Part shown: positions 36,301 through 43,158 of the stretch, piece after piece | How positions within the stretch are numbered: the first letter of the stretch is position 1 | Layout of the letters: every line of letters starts with the position of its first letter | From: a virus | Lineage: Duplodnaviria > Caudoviricetes | DNA: 64,000 nucleotides | IMG/VR virus record: IMGVR_UViG_3300027874_000010 | Coordinates: 1 to 64,000 of that record | Direction: 5' to 3' (one strand) | The notes under the pieces: generated by a model | Seen by the model: only the letters and a program-made list of their open reading frames with translations | The model's database searches: none | What the model was told of the DNA's origin: nothing | Position numbers and translations under genes: made by a program

Positions 36301-36475
36301 TGACCAACTCGAACGGACCGTTGACCGGATCCTGGCACAGCACGGCGCGATACTGGCCCGACGACGGCCAGCTACCCGCATCACCCGTCTGGATGGTGAG
36401 GCTCGTCGCGGCGGCGGTTATAGCTCCGTTGAGCGTGCTCTGTAGCCCGTTACCGGGCAGCACCTCCATGACCAT
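33383..36475 (-). CDS. tail fibre/spike with beta repeats and C-terminal S74 intramolecular chaperone
   Basis: STRDVKTNL...HGFIAEDL...YTELIPIVVEAIKEL; repeated NQG..NAYG.YI..QSG. Confidence 0.8.
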   Translation of the reverse strand: MVMEVLPGNGLQSTLNGAITAAATSLTIQTGDAGSWPSSGQYRAVLCQDPVNGPFELVRITGGQGTATLTVVRGAESYNGSTTAYAWPSGSTISAVITNGGLAAYLGAGNFLPLTGGTLTGNLTVQGQLGVGAPVLSNTGMVVLTPSTQLAGATQYGALFAAITSSVATVMGAAVAAQSATQPASFTQAESTDFLALGPSWGSGSSITNAIGVHVNNQGGGQATNAYGVYIDAQSGSSQNVGLYNAGTTQLNSFLGIGIGPSSTTMVWLQGGSTLTGTQQSGLAVTTNFNSSATVSGASISVGFQTAAQVFTMTSGYGLQIQAALVQSGATVTTMYGIYVNNQTVSGVGTSYGVYIADQTGSTNNVGLWCLGQARFDRGIGMGTVPNPSVGFRMSSTLLISTSPNGYGFWVNPTFNSQTTATAAAIACSVITQAAGFTVTSGYALWVQTPVLGSGSAITTQYGVYVRNQGVSGIANAYGLYLENTSGASSTNISLYNAGSTQLSTAVGMGTAPISNQLVMASGMSIVQGTTGAANNSLDRTGIMGGTDPAYALRVNGAAWYAGNVSAGGFSTNGNFQTGGWMQGQYFVTDGDYRGGSVNVDRNGLGDGTVNQPWLHFAGGGEGLGSKRTSGGNQNGLDFYQGNTVRMQVNNQGNISIGAANPSPNQSSLYVNPTALGGLNQFGVQVVVNGTSAGTSGIIGVSAVMTTAAASYTVGTGYTFLAYGPSLGAGSSLTTQYGLYIANQGAAGITSAFGIYIAAQSGASSSNYGIYCVADVLIAAQSSGSHLNVLVRTGGNSAGDLGGYFIQANNGTPQFEMWSDSAQGTQRIKSAGTLALHAGNNGFTATNQWLTIASGGQITVNTQQTVSAGNVFNVYGATGSYSTLLVGYNGSGSYGLQVQAGTGSGDIAMVVYNRAASINIFYLRGDGYPYVNQAWAVGSTRDVKTNLTPLSNALATVRRMDGQRFNYVHDPAQAHHGFIAEDLDAILPDVVRRSAEGKIEGIAYTELIPIVVEAIKELAGRVDALDGRAA

Positions 36476-36478
36476 GCG

Positions 36479-36577
36479 TCACCACCAACGGAACCAGTAG
36501 TGGCCCGCGTCGAACATCAGGTCGAAGAAGAACTTCAGGATCAGGAACAGCAGGATGAGACGGACGAGAAGGATCAC
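36479..36577 (-). CDS. 32-aa hydrophobic peptide
   Basis: MILLVRLILLFLILKFFFDLMFDAGHYWFRWW; GTGA-coupled. Confidence 0.45.
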   Translation of the reverse strand: MILLVRLILLFLILKFFFDLMFDAGHYWFRWW

Positions 36578-37002
36578 GCCTCCGTAACTTTGAGCGCACC
36601 CGCCGCGAACGAGGCTGTCGCACCCGAGCCAACGGTCGTGGCCGAGCCGAACGTGCCCCAGTACAGCAGCGTGCCGACCGTCGCCGTGTCATAGATGCCG
36701 TAGCCCGTCGCCGCCGTCCAGCCTGCCGAGGCCGTGGGGAACGAGATCTGGTTGGCGTTGGTCTTCCACACGCCCGTGGCGTCGGTGGTCGTCGCGCTCC
36801 AGGCGGCTGCAGCGTTGGCCGCGTCGATGGTCGCCCGCGTGTAGCCCGATCCCGAAAGCTCCGTAAACGTGCCGTTGTCAGCCGTCGCCGTGGTGCTAAA
36901 CAGCGCCGCATAGCAGCCCGCCGGAGCCGTGTACGCCGCTTTGCCCAGGACGTACTGGAGGATGTTCGAGTCGGTCGTGGAACCGCGTCCTGATGTCGCC
37001 AT
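36574..37002 (-). CDS. Gp80-like phage tail fibre-associated protein
   Basis: YAALFST...TELSGSGYTR...NANQISFPTASAGW...GIYDTATVGTLLYWG. Confidence 0.7.
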   Translation of the reverse strand: MATSGRGSTTDSNILQYVLGKAAYTAPAGCYAALFSTTATADNGTFTELSGSGYTRATIDAANAAAAWSATTTDATGVWKTNANQISFPTASAGWTAATGYGIYDTATVGTLLYWGTFGSATTVGSGATASFAAGALKVTEA

Positions 37003-37005
37003 CGC

Positions 37006-37470
37006 TCAGGCCCCCGTCGTGGCTGGTGCTGGCACGTCCTCGGGATTGCCGAGCCGCACGCGACCGGTCGCGTTGCCAGCGGAGTCGAGTTCCGCAACGT
37101 AGTGCATGCCGCGCACGCGCACGAACGAGCCGTCCGCTGGCGGGCCGTCACCCGATACCCACTCGGGATGCCGCGCACTGAACACACCGCGTACCGCCTG
37201 GAGATCCAGTTCGAGCGGCTTGCCTGGCGCTGGTCGGCCCTCGCTATCGAGTTGCGAGTAGTCCTCGGCCACCAGATAGATGGGGTGGCGTCTGACCTGG
37301 CGTCCTGGCTCGGCCGGGTGCGGGTCGAGGTCGTGAGAATTCGCAGCGATTGCGACTTCGATCTGCTGCAGGTTGCAGTCGTGGCAGTTTATGACCGCCG
37401 ACCACTGATCTTCGGTGCTGCTGGCATCACCCGTTGGGGGTGGGCTGCTCGACAAGGGCTGGTCCGTCAT
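37006..37470 (-). CDS. hypothetical
   Basis: SD GAGGAG; GC3 bias. Confidence 0.55.
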   Translation of the reverse strand: MTDQPLSSSPPPTGDASSTEDQWSAVINCHDCNLQQIEVAIAANSHDLDPHPAEPGRQVRRHPIYLVAEDYSQLDSEGRPAPGKPLELDLQAVRGVFSARHPEWVSGDGPPADGSFVRVRGMHYVAELDSAGNATGRVRLGNPEDVPAPATTGA

Positions 37471-37529
37471 GGCGTTACTTTGCTCCTCTCTTGGACGCAG
37501 TGCAACTGGCCTGCTCCAAGGTGAAATCG

Positions 37530-37559
37530 TTGCCGAAAACGTGCGAGTTCATGCAAAAT
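37530..37559 (+). promoter_or_regulatory. GTGCGA-box promoter variant
   Basis: TTGCCG-N5-GTGCGA-N7-CAAAAT. Confidence 0.5.
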
Positions 37560-37585
37560 AGACGAAAGGAGTTGAAATCTCACCT

Positions 37586-37753
37586 ATGCCGCGACCCATG
37601 AAGCCACTCAAGCCTGTGTGCCAGACGTGCAAAGCCGTGCTACCGCATGCGCTTGCATGTCGCCACGGCCAGCTACTGTGTCTGTCCTGCTGCAAGCACA
37701 CCCACGCGCCGGTCGCCGCACAGACCGCCAAGCGTCAGCCAGTCCTCGTCTGA
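37586..37753 (+). CDS. small Zn-finger protein
   Basis: Manual translation MPRPMKPLKPVCQTC...C..G..LCLSCC. Confidence 0.4.
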   Translation: MPRPMKPLKPVCQTCKAVLPHALACRHGQLLCLSCCKHTHAPVAAQTAKRQPVLV

Positions 37754-38046
37754 GTGAAGCGGCGACCCTGCTCGGTCGCGTGCGGGGATAGCGCCTCGCC
37801 CAGTTCCGCCGCGTAGCTCTTTTGCTGCGCCGGCGGGACTTTCCCGGCTGCCCCCTGGTTGTGCTTGGCCCACGCGCTCGCGTGGTCGGCGTCGTTACTG
37901 TTGGCCGCATCCTGCTGGTCGCTGCCCATCTCGCCCGTGCCGGGCAGCTTGCCGAAGTTCTTCGGCGGCGGCGCTTCTTTGTTCTCGGACAGTCGCTTGT
38001 CCTTGTCCGTCCCCGGGTTGGGCTTGCCGCCCTTCTGCTCGTCCAT
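37735..38046 (-). CDS. hydrophilic hypothetical
   Basis: MDEQKGGKPNPG...; coupled to lysin stop. Confidence 0.5.
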   Translation of the reverse strand: MDEQKGGKPNPGTDKDKRLSENKEAPPPKNFGKLPGTGEMGSDQQDAANSNDADHASAWAKHNQGAAGKVPPAQQKSYAAELGEALSPHATEQGRRFTQTRTG

Positions 38047-38684
38047 CACTTCACCCTGCACACGTTGCAATCGAGCGGCTCGTCGGTGAACTGCTTCATC
38101 CACGCTTCCGTCCAGCCGCCGTAGGGCCGGAAGCCCACGTTGACATCAGCCTTGCGGTCGTAGTTGCTGTCCCACAGCCGCCGCTCTGACCACCAGTCGT
38201 AGTCCGACCAGCCAAGCTGATCGAAGATCCACTTGCCCGTGTAGAAGGGTGAGTCGGGCACGATCTCGTCGCAGCGCAGCAGATCCGCGTCCACGTCGTC
38301 GGGCGTGAGGCCCATCTCCTCGACATCCAGTGCCACGAACACGATGTCGTCGGTGAAACGCTCGATCAGGTCCAGCCGACGCTGGAAGCGACCCCGGTCC
38401 ATCGAGTCGCCCGAGGAGCACCACACGTACGACGAGATCGCCCAGTTGTGGTCGAGGCCCGCCTGGAGTTGCTGAGCCGTGTAGCTGTAGCCATCCAGCC
38501 CGACCACCGCCTGGACGATCAGCCCGCTGTAGCCGAGCGCGCCCCAGTGCTCGAAGAAGTCGTCGCCCAGGACGCGCTGGTAGTTGGATACGTCCAGAGA
38601 CAACTCAGGCCACACGTCCTTGGGAAAGACGAGTGGCCCGGTGGGTGCCCATCGGCGGATGAGTCCCGCGCCGCTGATGCTCAC
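38046..38684 (-). CDS. GH25-family muramidase (endolysin)
   Basis: LDVSNYQ, VALDVEE, FYTGKW, LWDSNY, KQFT. Confidence 0.8.
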   Translation of the reverse strand: MSISGAGLIRRWAPTGPLVFPKDVWPELSLDVSNYQRVLGDDFFEHWGALGYSGLIVQAVVGLDGYSYTAQQLQAGLDHNWAISSYVWCSSGDSMDRGRFQRRLDLIERFTDDIVFVALDVEEMGLTPDDVDADLLRCDEIVPDSPFYTGKWIFDQLGWSDYDWWSERRLWDSNYDRKADVNVGFRPYGGWTEAWMKQFTDEPLDCNVCRVK

Positions 38685-38803
38685 GCGCCTCAGCTTAGCG
38701 CACGCCGATGATCCGTTACCGGTACGTTCCCTGATTGGTCCCTGATTGGTTCTTGCGTCGTTACGTCTTGCGTCGTAGCGTGATTGGTGTGAAAGGAGTC
38801 CTG

Positions 38804-39133
38804 ATGGCAAAAGCCTTCACCTACACGAATATGTCCCTTGAGGACACGCTCTCGGAATGCCGCTCTGGTGGCGAGGACGTGCTCGTCGGTTACCAGGGCG
38901 GCGCGGCGGGCATGAAGCGTGACGCCCGCAACTTCCGCGACCCCGACACCGGCGAGCGCGGCGTCACCGTCCCCGAGTACCTGGCGATGCGCACCCGCTT
39001 CAAGGTCCATCGCAAGAACGGCGACGGCGACCTGACGCTGATCGGGCCACCCGTGGCCGCGAATTGGATGAAGGCGGCGGACTTCATCAAGATGGCCGAA
39101 CCCGAGCCGGCCCTCCCTGCCGCCACAACGTAA
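38804..39133 (+). CDS. hypothetical
   Basis: SD AAAGGAG; followed by terminator. Confidence 0.7.
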   Translation: MAKAFTYTNMSLEDTLSECRSGGEDVLVGYQGGAAGMKRDARNFRDPDTGERGVTVPEYLAMRTRFKVHRKNGDGDLTLIGPPVAANWMKAADFIKMAEPEPALPAATT

Positions 39134-39138
39134 ACGCC

Positions 39139-39170
39139 GAAGCCCGGACCAGTGGTCCGGGCTTCTCTTG
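39139..39170. terminator. intrinsic terminator between convergent genes
   Basis: GAAGCCCGGACC-AGT-GGTCCGGGCTTC then TCTTG. Confidence 0.8.
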
Positions 39171-39173
39171 TGT

Positions 39174-39773
39174 CTAGCGCAGGCCGATGATCCGCGAGCA
39201 CCTCGGCCAAGCGCCCCATCCCTGTGACGCCTGCCCCGCTATGGCGACGGTGATCTGCTGGTTCGGACTTGCCAGGTCGGGCCTGGCAGCGAAGGCTTTA
39301 CCACCGTAACGTGCCCAAAATGTGAGATCCTCTTGGAGTCCGCCGTAGTAGCCATTGCCCGTATTCGTTGCCCAGTTTCCGGAAGATTCGCAGGCAGCGA
39401 GACGAGTCCAGACGCTACTCGGCGGTCCCGTTTGTGGGGGAGTCGCCGCCTGAGCGGAAGACGCCACAGCCTGCTGGCCCTGCGGAATTTCGAGTCGCCA
39501 GGTCCGCCAGCCATCGGTAAACGATGGTTGCTCGCCTTTGCGCCACACGGCCAGCCCGGTCGTTGTTCGCTGCACAGCGTCGGCATCCTCATTCTGATGC
39601 TCGACTTCGACCGGGGTGCCCATGATGTCCCCGATCTGGCTATGCAGTTGCTCAAACCCTTCCGCGAAGTCTGGCCCGCGCGCCGCTGGTAGGATAGTCA
39701 TCTCGTCTGCAGACACCCCGCCCCCGGGGTTCAGCGTCTGCGCGACGAGTAACAAACTCGCCAGTACGTGCAA
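39174..39773 (-). CDS. resuscitation-promoting factor (Rpf) transglycosylase domain protein
   Basis: VWTRLAACESSGNWATNTGNGYYGGLQ...RPDLAS..QQI...QGWGAWPRCS. Confidence 0.9.
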   Translation of the reverse strand: MHVLASLLLVAQTLNPGGGVSADEMTILPAARGPDFAEGFEQLHSQIGDIMGTPVEVEHQNEDADAVQRTTTGLAVWRKGEQPSFTDGWRTWRLEIPQGQQAVASSAQAATPPQTGPPSSVWTRLAACESSGNWATNTGNGYYGGLQEDLTFWARYGGKAFAARPDLASPNQQITVAIAGQASQGWGAWPRCSRIIGLR

Positions 39774-39839
39774 CGGTCTGCAACCACCCTACCGGCCCCG
39801 GCCTATCGACTGTCAACCCTGTCCTGCGAAAATGAGACG

Positions 39840-40028
39840 GTGAAGACGTTTGTAGTGCGGTATCCAGAGTGGTTCATGGGTAACGCCGAGACGCCCGAAG
39901 AAGTCGTGCTGTACGCCATCGCGCGCGCCAACCTGCACGCCGAGACGTACATCGTGTACGACCACGACCTGAACCGCTTCGAGGTGCCCCACCCTGAGCG
40001 GCCATCCGAACCACCAGCCGTGGGCTGA
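39840..40028 (+). CDS. hypothetical
   Basis: MKTFVVRYPEWF... Confidence 0.5.
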   Translation: MKTFVVRYPEWFMGNAETPEEVVLYAIARANLHAETYIVYDHDLNRFEVPHPERPSEPPAVG

Positions 40029-40224
40029 CCATCCGACCAACGGCGGTCCTGGCTGCATCTCGTGCGCGCTGTTTGTGTTAGTAGTTTGCGTCGTGCTCGT
40101 GATCTGCGCCGGCGGGATCATCATGGCGGTGCGCACGGGCCTATGATGGTCGCGCAGGACCAGTCCCCTTCCCCCTCCTGTGCGCCGGACGGCTTATGCC
40201 TCCAACTCCCCGGGCCGTCTGGCG

Positions 40225-40431
40225 CTACGCCTCCGAGCCAACTGGCGGCGGCAAGCGCAACTGGCGCGAGCGTCGGGGCAGACGATGCGGGTCGTCCTCG
40301 GAGACGCCCTCGAAGAACTCGCGTAGGGCACTACGCCCGGCACCGTGCAGCGAGCCATTGCAGCGACACTTGCAGCGCGGGTGCTTGCCCTGCTCGCAGC
40401 GCGTGACCTGAGTCGAGGTCAGCGCTCTCAC
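40225..40431 (-). CDS. small Zn-binding hypothetical
   Basis: C..G..P.CKCRCNGSLHG. Confidence 0.5.
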   Translation of the reverse strand: MRALTSTQVTRCEQGKHPRCKCRCNGSLHGAGRSALREFFEGVSEDDPHRLPRRSRQLRLPPPVGSEA

Positions 40432-40651
40432 GTCCGATGCCTGACCATCTGGTGCTGCTCGCCATCCTTGTCGTGGTGGTCCTGGCCGTGGCCGTTGCGC
40501 TCTGGTACTGGCGTGGCGACGACTGGCACTAGCGGCTTCAGTGGTCTGCCCTTCCGAAAACGCCGCACCCGCTTGGTTCGTTTTGGGGCTGAAGGCTCAT
40601 CTGTCATGCGATAATGGGCATGCTAACGCACAGGCACGAAGGGATTCGAGG

Positions 40652-40798
40652 ATGAACGGATGGCTACTACTCCTCGGTGCCTGGGTCACGGGCGGGGCGC
40701 TCGTGGCGTGGGGCTTCTGCCGATTCAAACAGTACGAACGCTGGAAGGACGAACAAGAACGTGAGCTTCAACATCGACGCGGATATTGCGAATGCTGA
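40652..40798 (+). CDS. small membrane protein
   Basis: MNGWLLLLGAWVTGGALVAWGF. Confidence 0.45.
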   Translation: MNGWLLLLGAWVTGGALVAWGFCRFKQYERWKDEQERELQHRRGYCEC

Positions 40799-40973
40799 CT
40801 GGGCCAAGCGCACCTGGGACATCTACACGCCGGACGGCCAGGTGGTCACCTCACTGGTGCAGTTGAAGTCGGTCTTCCCGGCGTACTCGGACGCCGAACT
40901 CAAGCACTTCCTCGATCTGCCCGTGGCCGAGAACATGCCCGCGCAGTTGAAGGGTGAGCTTCAGCGACTCTAG
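40761..40973 (+). CDS. hypothetical
   Basis: NADWAKRTWDIY...FLDLPV. Confidence 0.55.
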   Translation: MSFNIDADIANADWAKRTWDIYTPDGQVVTSLVQLKSVFPAYSDAELKHFLDLPVAENMPAQLKGELQRL

Positions 40974-41095
40974 GTGGTCGAGGGCTGCGGAGGCTATCGA
41001 ACTTCCTTCGCTCGCGCAGCCGGTCATGGGGCGGGGGGTTAGCCACCATGACGCTTTACATGGAAAGGTGCAGCGATCCTTTGTGTCTATGACAC

Positions 41096-41359
41096 ATGGA
41101 ACACTGCACCGTTTGCGGCCATCCGCTGGATGCGCACGAACCCGACAACGACGGCTTCGCCTGCACCGTCCCGTACTTCGACCCGCTCACCGACGAGGTG
41201 AGCTTCTGCACGTGCTCGCGGACGTGCTGCCTGCCCGAGCGCTGCCCGCACTGCCCTGAGTACCAGGGCCGCGCCGTGGGGTGGGGCGGCGGCAATCCCC
41301 GCCACATCTGCTGTCTGTGCCTGGATCTACCCGAGGAGATCCTCGCCGCCAACCCGTAG
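41096..41359 (+). CDS. Cys-rich hypothetical
   Basis: 13 Cys in 87 aa. Confidence 0.55.
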   Translation: MEHCTVCGHPLDAHEPDNDGFACTVPYFDPLTDEVSFCTCSRTCCLPERCPHCPEYQGRAVGWGGGNPRHICCLCLDLPEEILAANP

Positions 41360-42976
41360 CTGGAAGCGGCGGATCTGCGCCAGTCGGTGCTCCGAGAACC
41401 GATAACCGGTTATCGTTTTGGTCGCGAGCGCACTTCTGGCTTCGGGCGAGATCGGGTAGCCGTACTGGTCGGCCTTGCCGATCACCGCCTTGCCGAGCGC
41501 GGGGAACTTGTCGGCCATGAAGCTCGGTTCGTCGTGCAGCACCGAGTACGCCTCCGCGACGATCTCGCCCGGCGTGGTCTGGCCGTTGACGCCCCATATC
41601 TCGCCGTTTTTGCCCTTCGCGCCCATCGCCCCCTGGTCGGCCAGGTCGAACGCCGAGCCGTCCTTGAGCATCTCGTCGGACAGACCGTGGCCGATCTCGT
41701 GGTGGATTACCGCCTCCCGCTGGCGATTATCCAGATCGAAAAATTCTGAACCGAGGGTGATGTCGCTGCCGCCGCCGCGCCCGTGCTGGCCCTCGTGCCC
41801 CAGGCCGGCGTCGTACTTGAAGCCTTTGGGCGGATGGTCCTTGAAGTCCTGCTCGGACATGGCCGCGACCTTCTTCGGGTCGGCGTAGGTCGCCTGCACG
41901 CTGCCGCCGCCACCACCTACGGTCCAGCGACCCGACTCGTCGCGGGCCTGGTCCTCGCGAAACTTCAGCACGCGCGCCAGCAGCGGGTCCATCGCGACCC
42001 ACTGGCCCGGCCCCTGGACGGCGAGCACCTTCAGGATGGCTTCGAGCATCTTGGCTGTGCCCGCTTTCTGCGCGATGCCCATTGCCGTGGTGTACTCGCG
42101 CGAGGTGTCCAGAATCGTGCCGATGTCGGCGTCCACGCGCTGCACCGGCAGATCGAACTTGGTCTTGCCCGCTCTGAGGTTCGCCAGCACCGTCGCCGCC
42201 CACTGGTGGTGGCCGTCCACCACGTAGTCGTCCTTGCTAACAAAGATCGGCCGGATGTTGAGCTTGCCCTGCTCCAGGGCGTCGGCCATGCCCGCGACCT
42301 GGGGGCCGACCAGATCCATCTGAGTCGCCCGCAAGCTCTCGGCCGGCACGCGACCGTCCGTCACCTTGAAGCCCTGGTGCTCCAGTTCGTCGCGGAACGC
42401 CTCGCCTAAATTGACCGAGCCGCGCGAGTTCTTGGGGTACTTCGACTCGTCGTCGGCTGGACTGCCCTTGGTCGGCGGGCCGGATAGTTGCGGCATCTGC
42501 ACGCGCGGGATGCCCAGGGACTGCTGCGTAAAGAGGTTGGTGCCCGGCACGGTCACCAGGCCCAGGTCGTACGTCGGGGCCTTCTCACCCTTGGCGACGG
42601 CATCCTCAGCCATGTCCCCGAGCTTGTCGGTCAACGTCACCACCTGGCGGGCCTGGTCCAGGCGCACGTGGTGCCCGGCATGGATCTCGCGTACCGCGTG
42701 GTCGAGGTCGCCATCGACGTAGATCGGATGCGCCATCGAGCCATCCGCGTTCGGGTCACCGCCGGTGTGCGGCACCTGAGCGACAGCGTTGTGCGCGGCG
42801 TCACTGTGATCGGGTGGTGGCGACGACGATGGGGTCGTCGCACCCCCTCCCCCGCCAGACGAGAACTCGCCGCGCTCGTTGCGCGGATGCTGCGATTCGT
42901 CCCACTCCTTGAACTCGACGCGCTCCAGTACCGCGCGCATGGCCTGGATCTCGCGGGTTAGCTCGGCGCGGTCCAT
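41327..42976 (-). CDS. two-module cargo protein: ParB/Srx-like domain plus zincin
   Basis: KEWDESQHPRNERGEF; LRATQ...IFVSKDDYVVDGHHQW; KFREDQARDESGRW; HHEIGHG...EIVAEAY. Confidence 0.8.
   Translation of the reverse strand: MDRAELTREIQAMRAVLERVEFKEWDESQHPRNERGEFSSGGGGGATTPSSSPPPDHSDAAHNAVAQVPHTGGDPNADGSMAHPIYVDGDLDHAVREIHAGHHVRLDQARQVVTLTDKLGDMAEDAVAKGEKAPTYDLGLVTVPGTNLFTQQSLGIPRVQMPQLSGPPTKGSPADDESKYPKNSRGSVNLGEAFRDELEHQGFKVTDGRVPAESLRATQMDLVGPQVAGMADALEQGKLNIRPIFVSKDDYVVDGHHQWAATVLANLRAGKTKFDLPVQRVDADIGTILDTSREYTTAMGIAQKAGTAKMLEAILKVLAVQGPGQWVAMDPLLARVLKFREDQARDESGRWTVGGGGGSVQATYADPKKVAAMSEQDFKDHPPKGFKYDAGLGHEGQHGRGGGSDITLGSEFFDLDNRQREAVIHHEIGHGLSDEMLKDGSAFDLADQGAMGAKGKNGEIWGVNGQTTPGEIVAEAYSVLHDEPSFMADKFPALGKAVIGKADQYGYPISPEARSALATKTITGYRFSEHRLAQIRRFQLRVGGEDLLG
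41400..41415. repeat. 16-bp palindrome copy 6
   Basis: CGATAACCGGTTATCG. Confidence 0.9.
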
Positions 42977-43158
42977 GCGGGATCTCCGTCCTCGAACTGG
43001 ATGCCGTGGTCGCCCGGGTACGTCTGGCGATGCTCGATCTTGGACTGCCAGATCTCGTCGGGGATGCCGTGCGTAAACGCCTCGCAGCGCATGAACGCCT
43101 TGGGTGGCGGCGCTTCGAGGTGGATGCAGTGCAGGCAGATGGCTGGTGGGAACTTCAC
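42958..43158 (-). CDS. small CxxCxH...CxAFxxGIP protein (candidate immunity)
   Basis: CLHCIH...CEAFTHGIPDEI...H...PGDHGIQFE; ATGA-coupled to giant gene. Confidence 0.75.
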   Translation of the reverse strand: MKFPPAICLHCIHLEAPPPKAFMRCEAFTHGIPDEIWQSKIEHRQTYPGDHGIQFEDGDPAWTAPS

